A DNA stretch of 64,000 bases from Octopus vulgaris (lineage: Eukaryota): the NCBI GenBank assembly GCA_951406725.2, contig OX597824.1, positions 19,158,001-19,222,000 on the forward strand, in the 5' to 3' direction. This document shows, piece after piece, positions 31,439 through 45,721 of the stretch. The position numbers and the translations under genes are program-made. How positions within the stretch are numbered: the stretch's first letter is position 1; each line of letters begins with the position of its first letter. A model generated the notes under the pieces. It saw only the letters and a list, made by a program, of their open reading frames with translations. It had not been told where the DNA came from and did not search any database.

Positions 31439-32204
31439 AATATCGCTTTAAATACACAACCGAAAGAGTTACTGATAGTTTGATGCTTTTATGAAACTTT
31501 AACTGGGCATATTTATAAAAAAAACGTCCTGTATCTCGAAGCAATCTTTTGGGCTTTGTTTATGCGTTACATATGTTGTAAAAACAAGGACGCTGCGCAG
31601 TGAAAAATAAGAAAAAAGAAAAAAAACAAGAAGAAAATGCGTAGATTGTTGATGCAAAAAAAAGTGGAACTCAATCCGGAGCGGTTGGTGTCCTCCAATT
31701 CAACACCAGATATCTGCCCATGTGTTTGCACCTGCTAAAAACTTCAGATCTAGAATTAAGCAATGTGTTGGAAATCCTTTAATTTAATAGGAATTTTAGA
31801 ATTGGTGGGTACCACCACCTTGTCTCACAAACTTTGACATATTTGTTTTGTTTTATTCCATACCAACTGTATTAATTGTGGTTTCTGCAATCAGGGAGAA
31901 CGGGGGGAGGGGCTTAGTTTTCTTGCTTTCGTTTCTTTATTCTCGTTCCGTTCTTCGTGTTTTTCTTCTACCTTTTTCTTCTTTTGTCTCATTGTTCGCC
32001 CTCCTTGTTTTTCAAATATATCTAACCCACACACAGAGCCTGAGAGACTGCTAGGATATACATTGGGTATTTTAAAAATATTCCGAGTTAAAGTTTCATA
32101 ATAGCGTGGCACTATTAGTAGCTCTTTCGGTTATGTGTTAAGTTGATGTTTTTTTTGTTTTTTTTCACTGAATCACTGGATGGAGTACTTCTTTTGTTGT
32201 TTCT

Positions 32205-32357
32205 ACCTTTATTGGATCAGGAACGGGAACGTGAAACTCTGAGTAACAGCTTTTGTGATGCCTTTACAGCGTTATTAATAAAGCATATTACTCTACCTCC
32301 GGTATTCGAGTACTATTTTCTCCACCTTGTTTAACATTTAAGTGTTTATTCTGGTAT
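32205..32357 (+). mobile_element. Penelope-like pLTR remnant (family of 20835-21028)
   Basis: ACGGGAACGTGAAACTCTGAGTAACAG...TAAAGCATATTACTCTACC. Confidence 0.65.
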
Positions 32358-32386
32358 ATATATATATATATACATGTACGTGTTGA

Positions 32387-32464
<78 letters not shown>

Positions 32465-32595
32465 GTATATATATGTATATAGATATATGTATATGTATAT
32501 ATGTATATACATATACCTGTGTATGTGTTTTTGTGTATATATAAATATATGTATGTATACATATATATATATAGGTATATATATGTACATATATA

Positions 32596-32689
<94 letters not shown>

Positions 32690-32789
32690 TGTATGTATGT
32701 ATGTATGTATGTATATACACACACACACACGCACACATGGTTAGAAGTGTGCTAGTTTCGTGTCTGTCTTCTGCTATGATCATGAATAT

Positions 32790-33151
32790 TGACTCATAGC
32801 CCGAAAGCGTACAATCGTGAAATGGGGCCCGTCTGAAAGATCTCTGGAATAACGTTTCTCGACCGGATGTGTAGCTCGGTGATCAGGGATTCACTCAGGA
32901 TCGATCCATTACTTCTTCATATCGAGAGGCCTAAGCTGCAGAACTGCGAGCGTATGTTTAGAATATTGCAGAAGAAAATCGCAAAACGGATTCTTCAAGC
33001 CGAGTCAACCGGTAGGAGACATAGGGGTAGAGCAATAACGAGATGGGTGTTTAATATCCATAGACTTAGATGGTCACGCTTGGAAAGTATAATCAAGGTT
33101 GGTTCTGATACGACTCTATGGAAGAGGTGCCGAGGGATTTCACTCCCATGA
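32790..33151 (+). mobile_element. RTE-clade LINE C-terminal fragment
   Basis: [19 protein letters not shown]...TGRRHRGRAITRW...RLRWSRL resembles the Expander/Rex3-type RTE C-terminus (GRRPRGRPRTRW). Confidence 0.75.
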
Positions 33152-33693
33152 TCTTCCCAGGTACAGTGGGCGGAGTAGCTCCATGGATGGATAGATGTAT
33201 GCTGATTATACGATACGCTACCAGATAAATTGTGCTTGTTAACCAGTTCCACACTCCACTCGTTATACTAAACTCGGTGTGAAAGCAGCCATGAGGGGTG
33301 AAATCGCGGGACAGGCAACCGTGCAGAGTTCGGGCCACGTTACGTAGCAATACGACACACAGACACAAACATTTGTACTAATCCAGTAAGAGTGGTTGGG
33401 CTGCTAGAAGTTCGGGATGATGACTTACCTTATCTGTTCTGGTTCTTTGCGGATTATCAGAGACGTCTGCGGAGATAGTGGTGTTATGGTAAATTGACAT
33501 TAAATGTGTGTGTGTATGTGTGTGTGTGTGTGCGTGTGTGTGTGTGAGTTTATACTTGTCTCTCTTAGCAACCGGTGTTAGTTTGTTTATCCGCCCAGGT
33601 TACCACTGGAACTATACTACTACTCGGATTACCACCTTCATGGGTCTCACTGTACACTGTTGTTGATATACATTATACATACATACACACACA

Positions 33694-33737
<44 letters not shown>

Positions 33738-33766
33738 TATATATATATATATATATATATAGATAT

Positions 33767-33890
<124 letters not shown>

Positions 33891-33943
33891 CACTCACGTA
33901 CAAACACATAAATATGTACACGACACGCATAAATATTGTAATA

Positions 33944-33997
<54 letters not shown>

Positions 33998-34002
33998 TTA
34001 AA

Positions 34003-34817
34003 CAATCTCACATATTGTGAGTGAGTGTAGCAAGCTGGCCCAAAAGCACTACAAAAGGAGGCATGATAATGTGCCTAAGTCCACCGGGGGCTATGTGAAA
34101 AGTACAGCCTGAACAGAGCATGGAAATGGTACGAACAAGAACCAGAAAGAGTCACCAAGAACAAGGAATATAAGCTACTGTGGGATAGATATATATATAT
34201 ATATATAATCAAAATAAGCAACAAGTATATCCGAGGTACAGTAGTACAATTGTTTCATGCTACTTCATTTTATTAAACACTGTAAGTATTACATCAGTTT
34301 TAAAATGTCGAGCAATCTTCAGCCACTTATAGAATTTTCCAGTCAAACGGACAATGTACATTCTTATCTCTATTTCATTTGCCAACATTATAAAGAAGGT
34401 AGATCAATAGACAGAGAGGTTGATTTCATTCTTAAGAACATGATAGTAGTAGATTCCCTCTCTGACTCAGAGAGTGAATTTACTACTATCATGTTCATAT
34501 ATATATGAGAATTACTTAATACAGTTTTGAAGTGCAAAGGTGATTTTCTTTTTTAGATTAATTGTTTTTAAAAAACGTTATGAAATCTTTATCAGGATGT
34601 TAACTAACCTTCTTTTGGAAGCAGTTCTTTTGTCTAGTGTCCGAGCGCTTTCGTTTCAACCCAATGTGACTCTCTAGTCGAGGCTCGGAGATCGGATATT
34701 GTTGTGGTAGATAAAGGGAAAAAAGGAAACCAAGATTATAGATATTGCAATACCTGGGGATGCGCGCATGAGTGACAAAGAACTAGAAAAGATTGAAAAG
34801 CACGGACTACTAAGAGA
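34003..34817 (+). mobile_element. R4/Dong-clade retrotransposon zinc-knuckle/RLE fragment split by a Penelope-like insertion (34187-34654)
   Basis: SHIVSECSKLAQKHYKRRHDNV / HRGLCEKY...WKWYEQEPERVTKNKEYKLLWD, resuming TQCDSLVEARRSDIVVVDK / TKIIDIAIPGDARMSDKELEKIEK. Confidence 0.85.
34241..34326 (-). ncRNA. Type-I hammerhead ribozyme motif with extended stem II (homolog of 6151-6236)
   Basis: Minus strand gtgg-CTGAAGA-ttgc...gcat-GAAAC-aatt-GTA-ctac; palindromic ACAATTGT. Confidence 0.78.
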
Positions 34818-35056
34818 TATCATCATCATTACCATCATCTTCATCATCATTATTATCATTATCATCGTCATCATCGTCGTCATCGTCATCATCATCATCT
34901 TCAGCATCATCATCATTTTAATCATCATCATCATCACCACCACCATCATCACTATTGTCATTATCTTCATCGTCATCATCATCATCATCACCATCATCAT
35001 CATTATTATTATTGTCATCATCGTTATCGTCGGCATAATCGTCGTCGTCGTCGTCG

Positions 35057-35104
<48 letters not shown>

Positions 35105-35285
35105 CCACCACCACCATCATCATCCCTATCGTCATTATCTTCGTCGTCGTCATCATCAACATCATCATCGTCATCATCACTGAGATCATCACCACCATTA
35201 TTATCACTATCGTCACTATCGTTGTCATAATCATCATCACCATCATCATAATCATCATCACCACCATCATCATTATCATCATCGT
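34818..35285. repeat. Degenerate (ATC)n/(GTC)n microsatellite
   Basis: Direct inspection. Confidence 0.95.
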
Positions 35286-35859
35286 CCGTCCTCCATGCCA
35301 GCATTACTTGTTGGTTTGACAGGATCCAAACAAGCCCCTTTCGGCATTAATTTTTTTTACGTGCAGTCGTCCTTCTAAACACACCAACGCGTTCGTACGT
35401 CCTCAATATTTGAAAATCACGTTAGACATTGTCATTTCAAAGTAGGTCACGTCTAACCCGGGAGTGAAACAACAACAACAACCAATTTCTACACCAATAA
35501 CACAATTTAATCCATATTTCAATATTGTTTTTCTTTTCTTTTGTTTTTTTTTTGTTTTTTGCCCCCAGCTCTTTCCTGACGAAGCAGATTTACAGGAAAC
35601 GGCATTTTAGCCATGGCGTCCTTGTTTTACTTTCAACCACTACATAATAAGGACCAGATTCTCCAACTTGTCCTTCATTTTCTCAGATTCAATTGCAATT
35701 TCCAACAGCTTACAGATGTTGGTGACACTTAACCCCCCAGGTCAACTATGTTCGAGCTGACTTATGATCAAAGACATTCCAGCCGTGACCATACTGTCGT
35801 TTTAATAATAATCAATCAGGACCACATTATCCAATATATCCCTCGTTTCCCTATTTAAA

Positions 35860-36190
35860 GGAAGGCACATGGTTCAGTGGTTAGAGCGTCGGATTCACGA
35901 TTATGAGGTAATGAGTTCGAATCCCGGACCGGGCCGTGTATTGTGTTCTTGAGCAAAACACTTTATTTCACATTGCTGCAGTTCACTCAGCTGTAGAAAT
36001 GAGTTATGACGTCACTGGTGCCAAGCTGTATTGGCCTTACCCTTGGATAACACCAGTGGTGTGTAGAGGGGGAGGCTGGCATACATGGACGGCTGGATGT
36101 CTTCCATAAACAACCTTGCTCGGACTTGTGCCTCAGATGGGAACCTTCTAGGTGCAATCCCATGGTCATTCACGACCGGAGGGATTTTTA
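35860..36190 (+). mobile_element. SINE-D-type head + tail Z
   Basis: GGCACATGGTTCAGTGGTTAG...GTTCGAATCCC, TTGAGCAAAACACTTTATTTCAC...CACTCAGCTG, then a 3' half unlike tails X and Y. Confidence 0.8.
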
Positions 36191-36204
36191 CCCATATATA
36201 TATA

Positions 36205-36428
36205 TATTTCTTTATTGCCCACAAGGGGCTAAACATAGAGGGGACAAACAAGGACAGACAAAGGGATTAAGTCGATTACAGTGCGAAACTGGTATTTTAT
36301 TTATCGACCCCGAAAGGATGAAAGGCAAAGTCGACCTCGGCGGAATTTGAACTCAGAACGTAACGACAGACGAAATACCGCTAAGCATTTCGCCCGGCGT
36401 ACTAACGATTCTGCCAGCTCTCCGCCTT
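36205..36428 (-). mobile_element. SINE-B
   Basis: Match to 7625-7857. Confidence 0.88.
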
Positions 36429-36429
36429 A

Positions 36430-36640
36430 TATATGTGACCTCGTGTGTACCGTTGGCGATTTTTTTTCCTCTGTTTTCCCTTCTCTGAATCTTTCCTTCT
36501 CCTATGTTTCAGACGAAGAGCTCCGCTCGAAACGTTAAACCCTCCTTCTTTCCTTCTTTCCTGAGTGTCCAATAATACTATATTTGTTCCACGTCCTCGC
36601 GTTGTTGTGTTTTTTTGTGTTTTCTTGTTTGGATTAACTA
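36430..36640 (+). mobile_element. Penelope-like pLTR remnant with hammerhead motif
   Basis: gttt-CAGACGA-a-gagc(tcc)gctc-GAAAC-GTT-aaac at 36506-36540; homolog of 15971-16172. Confidence 0.7.
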
Positions 36641-36657
36641 TATATATATGTGTGTGT

Positions 36658-36696
<39 letters not shown>

Positions 36697-37281
36697 TTCA
36701 TGTGTGTGTGTGTCTGTGTGCTTAAGTGTGTGTGTGTGTGTGTGTCAGTGTGTGATTGTGTGTGTGTGCGCGCGTGTGTGCGCACGTGTGTGTGTCTGTG
36801 TGTGATTGTGTGAGTGTGTGTATGTGTGTGATCTTGTGTTTGTGCGTGTGTGTGTGAGTGTTAGTGTGTGTAAAGGCCCATAGCTCAGAGGTTAGAGAGT
36901 CGGGCTCACAATCATGAGGTAGTGAGTTCGATTCCCAGACTAGGCCCGAAAGTGGGGGGGGGGGTTCATTACCCCTCCTTATTTAAGATAGTAAGGTATG
37001 GTTCGATGGCGATTTAGCTGCTATTTCTTATACGCTGGGCGACCCTTCACAGGCTCTCCTGCTGGCTCGTATGCATGTTGTCGATAACGTTGTTGCTTTT
37101 GGTGCTGCTGCTGCTGCTGCTGCTACTGCTGTTGCTGCTGCTGCTGCTGCTGTTTTTTTCGTGGGGCGTGAAGGCGATGTGTATCAGCATCTCTTTCTCT
37201 TCTGGGGAGTCTGAAGTCGTTCTCTTTATGGTGTTTTGTAAGGCCAAATATTACATGTCTCACTCTCTCCTTCTCTCCCCC

Positions 37282-37315
<34 letters not shown>

Positions 37316-37317
37316 TC

Positions 37318-37358
<41 letters not shown>

Positions 37359-38328
37359 CATCGTCCCACACATTCTCAGTTTCTGCAAGTATAAGGGGGT
37401 GCTTCTGCTAAACTGAAACTGCGTGAGTTATATCACCAGACCCTAATTTTAATAAATTCCTTCTCTTTCCTATATATATATATACATATACATAAATACA
37501 TATATTTATATATATATATATTTTTTTTTCGATATTTTATTGTTTCTTATTTATTTATTATTACTGTTGTTCATGTTGTTATTATTGCTTCAAAATTAGC
37601 AGACAGAGCAGGGACAGAGACTTTCTCAAATTACATGTTGGCAGGAATATCTCTGGCAAATATCTTTCTCTTTTCATTTGTCTGTCTAACTATTTATCTA
37701 TGTATCTATACTCCCTCTCTCTTAATTTCTCTCTTTCTTTCTTTCTTTCTTTCTTTTTTTTTCTCTCTCTCTTTCTCTCACTCTCACTTTAGCTATTTAG
37801 GTTCCGAAAGTGTTCTCAGCAACACTGAATACCTGCTAACTATTTTGCCATATTCCTCCTAATGTTGAATCACAAGATGGCACCATGGTGAAAAAAGCTT
37901 AATGTGCCAACATCTTCAGGTCATATCATAACGTTGATGTATGGGGCATAACATGCCTCTGCGTGCTTGTGTGTGTGTGGAAGAACAGAGCAGAGGTGGG
38001 TGTTGGAACGGTGGTTACGGTGGAGGAGAAAGGGATGCCGTAGAGTTCCTAACATGCGGCAGTCTTTTGTGTTGTGTTCTTAAGCAGGAGATTTCATTTG
38101 TCTTGAATCACTTTTGGAGGGAATTTTTTTTTTTTACATTTATGCCCCTCGTTCTTTCCCCAAACCACCATTTTGTTCTTCAAACTAGCTTTGAAATTTC
38201 TTTCGGTGAGATTTTTTTCTGTTCTTTAATTTTTATTTTTGTTTTTTAACAGAAATTACCGAAATTCAACAAAACTTAACATATGCCTGTGTCTGACCCA
38301 GTGATATGGCTTTATCACTTTCCCTTCT

Positions 38329-38373
<45 letters not shown>

Positions 38374-38545
38374 TCTCTCTCTCACTATATGTTTGTGTGT
38401 GTGTGTATGTATATGTATGCATATATACATACATATATACACACATACATGCACACATATCGATGATATATACATATATACACACGTTTATACAATATAT
38501 ACATACATATAGTATGTACAGATATGTATACAGATATACACACAA

Positions 38546-38576
<31 letters not shown>

Positions 38577-38883
38577 CAGATATATACACGGATGTATTTA
38601 TATATATATGCACACACATAAATATACACAGATATATATATATATATATATAATATAGACATACATATAATATATATACACATATGTACATAGATATATA
38701 TTGCATAATATATATATGTATATATGCATATATATATTATATATAAAGCATAAATATATACATACATATAAGAAATATATGAATGTTTATATGTACATAT
38801 ATCTATGTCTATTTATGTATTTATATGTGTGTGCGTATGTGTGTGCATGCGTCCGTGTGTGTGTATGTGCGTGTGTCTATGAG

Positions 38884-38947
<64 letters not shown>

Positions 38948-39294
38948 TGCACATTCTGTAATAAAATGTATTTACACACCACAGGATACACCATAATTAG
39001 TTTCAGCAAAGCATTTTTCAACAGAATTCTCCACAAATAACCATAAAAATTATTAATTACTTAGGGCTGTGGCATAGGTCCATAGAATGAAGACTAAGAC
39101 AATACCGAAGGACCTATTCCCTAATATACAATACAAAAGAAGCATACGCGTTCTCAGCTTCTAGCATACATTTACATACATAACATTTTGTTTCGATGAC
39201 TATATCTCTCATCAGCCGGTGTAGAAGAACTTTTTCGTGACTAGAAGGACTATCACGTGACGTTGAAGGTAAGACTCGTCAGAAGGGGCAGATT

Positions 39295-39687
39295 TTCTTT
39301 TATTTGTTTCAGTCATTTGACTGCGGCCATGCTGGAAACCGTCTGAAGTCGAACAAATCGACCCCAGGACTTATTCTTTGTGAGACTAGTACTTAACCTA
39401 TCGGTCTCTTAGGTCGAAGCGCTAAGTTACGGGGACGTAAACACACCAACAACGGTTGTCAAACGATGATAGGGGGGGGGGGACACAGACACACAAACAC
39501 ATGCACATATACATACAAACATATATATATAGGCACAGGAGTGGCTGTGTAGTAAGTTGCTTGCTAACCAACCTCATGGTTCCGGGTTCAGTTTTTGGAA
39601 ATTCTATATATATATAAATAATGATGATGATGATAATAATAATAATAATAATGATAATAATAATAATAATAATAATAATAATTCTAT

Positions 39688-39762
<75 letters not shown>

Positions 39763-39763
39763 C

Positions 39764-39836
<73 letters not shown>

Positions 39837-39979
39837 CGCAGGAGTGGCTGTGTAGTAAAAAGCTTGCTTAGCAACCACATGATTCCGGGTTCAGTCTCAC
39901 TGCGTGTCACCTTTGTCCTACCAAAGCCTTGTGTGTGGATTTGGTAGACGGAAACTGAAAGAAGCCCCTCGTGTATATA

Positions 39980-40037
<58 letters not shown>

Positions 40038-40048
40038 GAGGGGCTTCT

Positions 40049-40087
<39 letters not shown>

Positions 40088-40130
40088 ACGACGGCCTCTT
40101 TCAATTTACATCTACCAATTCCACTCAGCT
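39295..40130. mobile_element. Cluster of SINE-A fragments in both orientations separated by microsatellites
   Basis: Minus tail 39295-39500, plus heads at about 39531 and 39834. Confidence 0.8.
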
Positions 40131-40159
40131 GTTAGATGCGATACAGTCTATTTGTATTA

Positions 40160-40570
40160 CTCTTTACTCTTTTACTCTTTCACTTGTTTCAGTCATTTGA
40201 CTGCGGCCATGCTGGAGCACCGCCTTTAGTCGAGCAAATCGACCCCGGGACTTATTCTTTGTAAGCCCAGTACTTATTCTATCGGTCACTTTTGCCGAAC
40301 CGCTAAGTGACGGGGACGTAAACACACCAGCATCGGTTGTCAAGCAATGCTAGGGGGACAAACACAGGCACACAAACACATACACACACACACATATATA
40401 TATATACATATATACGACAGGCTTCTTTCAGTTTCCGTCTACCAAATCCACTCACAAAGCATTGGTCGGCCCGGGGCTTTAGCAGAAGACACTTGCCCAA
40501 GATGCCACGCAGTAGGACTGAACCCGGAACCATGTGGTTGGTTAGCAAACTACTTACCACACAGCCAGTC
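40160..40570 (-). mobile_element. SINE-A, full length
   Basis: Match to reference copy. Confidence 0.92.
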
Positions 40571-40890
40571 CTGATCAACATTTCTCCATTCTCTGTTTAC
40601 TCTAAATTTGAGAAACTTATGTTTATCTTTGTCATTACCTGTGTGAGTGAGTGAATGAATGAGTGAGCGTGTGTGTGTGTGTGTGTGATCCACCACCGCT
40701 TCACAACCGGTGTTGGCGCAGTTACATTCCCGTAACTTAGCAGTTTCGCAAAAGAGACCGATAGAATAAAAATGAATAAACACCGGAGTCGATTCATTCG
40801 TCCAAAATTTAAAAAAAAAAAAAAAGGGTATTGCTCCAGCATGGCCGCACTCCGATGACTGATACGAGTAAACGATAAAAGATGGAAGAT

Positions 40891-41516
40891 AGGCGGCGAG
40901 CTGGCAGAAACGTTAGCACGCCGGACGAAATGCGTAGCCGTATTTCGTCTGCTGTTACGTTCTGAGTTCAAATCACGCCGAGGTCGACATTGCCTTTCAT
41001 CCTTTCGGGGTCGATAAATTAACTACCAGTTATGCACTGGGGTCGATGTAATCGACTTAATCCGTTTGTCTGTCCTTGTTTGTCCCCTCTGTGTTTAGCG
41101 CCTTGTGGGTAGTAAAGAAATAGGTATTTTGTCTGTCTCTATTACCCACAAGGAGCTAAACATAGAGGGGACAAACAAGGACAGACAAACGGATTAAGTC
41201 GATTACATCGACCCCAGTGCTTAACTGGTACTTAATTTATCGACCCCGACAGACAAAATCGACCTGGTACTTAATTTATCGACCCCGAAAGGATGAAAGG
41301 CAAAGTCGACCTTGGCAGAAAAGTAAAGAAATAGGTATTTCGTCTGTCGTTACATTCTGAGTTCAAATTCTGCCGAGGTCGACTTTGCCTTTCATCCTTT
41401 CGGGGTCGATAAATTAAGTACCAGTTAAGCACTGGGGTCGATGTAATCGACTTAACCCGTTTGTCTGTCCTTGTTTGTCCCCTCTGTGTTTAGCTCCTTG
41501 TGGGTAATAAAGAAAC
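40891..41516. mobile_element. SINE-B concatemer with internal inverted unit
   Basis: Plus unit 40891-41136, minus unit about 41140-41320, plus head-truncated unit about 41322-41516. Confidence 0.88.
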
Positions 41517-42639
41517 AGATAAAAGATGGAAGATCGCTCGCTGTAATTGTGTTTCTGCGAGTACGTTTAGAATATTCAAGTGCAAAAAGAAAAGGCTTTT
41601 TCCACTTTATGTAAGCTGTTGATATCAAGTTTTACACAAACGTAAAGCAAGCAGAAGATAAGCAAATAAACAAACACATAGATAAATAAATGAAAAACAA
41701 GAAATACCTACTGACAAGCTCAGCTTGAAAACCACATGTGTAGCTTGAATCTAGTGGCAGTGAAAGAGTTAAGGGCGAAAAAAAAAACGGGGAAAAACAA
41801 CCTTTTCTGAGCCTCATGTCTTATTAGATTTGTCAGCTGGAATCCGCACTGTAATGAAAAGCAATGAAAATAAATCGGTCATTCACCAGCAGATAACAAC
41901 AGATGTAGATACGTAAAGAGACAGTAAGGGTGTCTCTAGTGGTGAGTGATGAACCGGCTAGAAATAGCAACCAATGCACTCCTTATGATTTAACTCTGCT
42001 TGTGTTAAAAGAAGGAAGGGATGATTGGGTGATAGTAGAGTTAGATTCGTTATGTTGGGGTCAAAAAGAAAGGTATAGTGGCTTGGTTGGAATTCCATTC
42101 AGAGAAGAAGTAGGTTAAACAACGCTAACAGTGGCAGTTTCAACAATGACAGCAGAGGTAAAGAATACAAGACCAAATCTTGATGGCAATTTCTGGGAAG
42201 TAATTTAAGACCCTTTTGATACCACGCAAAACCGATCTTGGTTTTATAATACGAACTAAACTTGTTGCAGTATGGTGGGTTTTATGCTGCAGTAACCCTG
42301 AAAATGATGCGAGAGGTGTGCAAGCTCCTGCTTATGGCCTCGCCGTGCTGGTCAGATCAAAAGATAGAGGACAGGTTAATAAGGGCCACTTCTTCACGAA
42401 AAAAAAAACGAGTTTCCATAGGCCCAATCTAGAAAAACAAAAAACAGCGAAGTTACAGGAGCACTGATGTACAATTTAAAACCAAGTCTTGAAAGAAGAA
42501 GGCCTTCCCTTGGGGAAAAAAACAGGGATCCAGCTGAAAAGGGGTAGAAAAGACTGCCCAGCGTGGTTTAGTGGTGAGGGTGTTGGACTCATGATTGAGA
42601 GATTGTAGTTTCGATTTTTGGAGAGTGGACGATGCGTTT

Positions 42640-42942
42640 GTATGCCTAGTACTTATTCCATAGGTCTCTTTTGCCGAACAGCTAGGTTACGGGGACCTAA
42701 ATACACCACTATCGGTTGTCAAGCGATGGTAGGGGGCAAGCACAGACATACAAACATGTGTGTGTGTGTGTGTGTGTGTACGACGACCTTTTTCAGTTTC
42801 CGCCTACCAAATTCATTCACAAGGCTTTGATCGACCCGAGGCTATAGTAGAGGGCACTTGCTAACTGTGCCACGCAGTGGGACTGAACATGGAACTACGT
42901 GGTTGGAAAGCAAGCTTCTTACCACGTAGCCATGCCTGCGCC
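42640..42942 (-). mobile_element. SINE-A, diverged, tail-truncated
   Basis: Homology to reference copy. Confidence 0.82.
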
Positions 42943-43000
42943 TATATATGTATATATATGTGTGTGTATATATATATGTATATATATATGTGTGTGTGTG

Positions 43001-43053
<53 letters not shown>

Positions 43054-43201
43054 ATATATATACTTACATATATATCTATGTATATGTGTGTGATTTTGTG
43101 TTTGTCCTCCACCACAGGTTAATACTCGGTGTTGGTTCGTTTATGTCACTGTAACTTAGCAGTTTGGTTAATGAGAACGATGGAAAAAGTACCAGGCTTT
43201 A

Positions 43202-43260
<59 letters not shown>

Positions 43261-43283
43261 TAACAACAACAACAACAACAATA

Positions 43284-44408
43284 ATGGCTTCAAATTTTGC
43301 CACAAGGGCAGCCATTTTTGAGATGTGGCCATTCGATTATATCGACCCCAGTATGCAACTGGTACTTAATTTATGAACCTCGAAAGGCTGAAAGGCAAAG
43401 TTGACCTCAGCGGAATTTGAACTCAGAACGTAGCGGCAAACGAAATACCCCTAAGCATTTCGGCCGGCGTGCTAATGTTTCTGCCAGCCCACCGCCATTT
43501 TAAAATACATATATTCTTTTCTACTCTAGGCATAAGGTCTGAAATGTTTGGAAGGGTTGGGGGGCAGTCGATTAGATCGACCCCAGTATGCAACTTGTAC
43601 TTAATTTATCAACCCCGAAAGGATGAAAGACAAAGTCGACCTCGGCGGAATTTGGACTCAGAACGTAAAGACAGACAAAATACCTATATCTTTACTACCC
43701 ACAAGGCGCTAAACACAGAGGGGACAAACAAGGACAGACAAACGGATGAAGTCGATTACATCGACCCCAGTGCGTAACTGGTACTTATTTAATCGACCCC
43801 GAAAGGATGAAAGGCAAAGTCGACCTCGGCGGAATTTGGACTCAGAACGTAAAGACAGACAAAATACCTATATCTTTACTACCCACAAGGCGCTAAACAC
43901 AGAGGGGACAAACAAGGACAGACAAACGGATGAAGTCGATTACATCGACCCCAGTGCTTAACTGGTACTTATTTAATCGACTCCGAAAGAATGAAAGGCA
44001 AAGTCGACATCGGCGGAATTTGGACTCAGAACGTAAAGACAGACAAAATACCTATATCTTTACTACCCACAAGGCGCTAAACACAGAGGGGACAAACAAG
44101 GACAGACAAACGGATGAAGTCGATTACATCGACCCCAGTGCTTAACTGGTACTTATTTAATCGACTCCGAAAGAATGAAAGGCAAAGTCGACCTCGGCGG
44201 AATTTGAACTCAGAACGTAGCGGCAGACAAAATACTTCGAAGCATTTCGCCCGTCGTGCAAACGGTTCTGCCAACCCACTGCCATTTTTAAATGCATATA
44301 TCCTTTTCTACTCTAGGCACAAGGTCTGAAATTTGAACTCAGAACGTAAAGACAGACGAAATACCGCATTTCGCCTGACGTGTTAACGGTTCTGCCAGCT
44401 CGACACCT
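43284..44408 (-). mobile_element. SINE-B cluster including a 184-bp-period tandem array
   Basis: Equivalent positions at 43746, 43930 and 44114; three different 3' tails in the cluster. Confidence 0.9.
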
Positions 44409-44778
44409 TAGAAATAAAACAGAATGCAATAAAAAAAAAGTTGAGCATTTGAAGATTTTGCGGGTGCACCGCATCAGTTCTTCGGATGAAGCAATTCTGT
44501 TAGAGAATAGAAATGAAAAAAAAACTAAAATATTTGTCTTCAAAGCTGCAAGATTGCTTTTCCTGTGTCATTTCCCACAGTTTAAAATAATAAAGTCGGG
44601 TCACTTGCACTTCAAGTGGTCACACTATTCTTCAGTTTTGCATTGTTGTCGTGTGTATATTGGGTCAATACGCCAATCTTTTTAAATATTTGTATGAATG
44701 AGTATAGGAATATATAAATATATTTATATGTGTGTGTGTATGTAAGTATATATATATATGTACATATGAATGCATGTA

Positions 44779-44810
<32 letters not shown>

Positions 44811-44973
44811 CATATATATATTTACAAACAAAAGCTCATTCATGTATTATATATCTACTGTACATCAATATACATAGATGCGTATGTGTGTATATGAATA
44901 TATGTGTGTATGCGTCTGTGTCTGAGCGTGTGTGTGTGTGTGTCTGCATGTCTTTATGTATGAATATGTTATA

Positions 44974-45012
<39 letters not shown>

Positions 45013-45161
45013 GCACACACAGAGATAGAAATGCTTTTAGTATATAAATATTTTATATAAATATATATATACATATATACATACAGATTTTCATGTCTAC
45101 GCAAAATGTGGATATGTATATATGAACAAGTATGCTTATATATACACATATACATATATAT

Positions 45162-45218
<57 letters not shown>

Positions 45219-45487
45219 AATGAGTGTGTGCATGTTTATATACACCTATGCATGTGTTGAGTCCTATATGTATGTGCGTGTGTAAGTGCAAGTATTGCAT
45301 GCACGGTTTGCTGCGAAACGGATCATGGCTTTCATTCATATGTAAATCTGTGTGGATGACAGAATTAAACGGTGTATGTGTGTGAGTGGGCGGCGGTGGG
45401 GTGCGGTTTCGATCGCATTACTGTATATATATATATATGTAACGGGGTATAAGCCTCTATGTCTATACACTCTTATATATGTTTGTG

Positions 45488-45535
<48 letters not shown>

Positions 45536-45536
45536 C

Positions 45537-45567
<31 letters not shown>

Positions 45568-45611
45568 CATATATATATACATATACATATATATACATAT
45601 GTATACATATG

Positions 45612-45645
<34 letters not shown>

Positions 45646-45655
45646 CATATGTGTG

Positions 45656-45721
<66 letters not shown>

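Noticed and set aside
37047-37247. Minus-strand 66-aa ORF with poly-Ser
   Set aside because: Built around a (CAG)n tract, no ATG start or clear splice sites
43560-44283. CRISPR-like regular repeat
   Set aside because: 184-bp units are wholly repeated with no unique spacers; eukaryotic SINE concatemer
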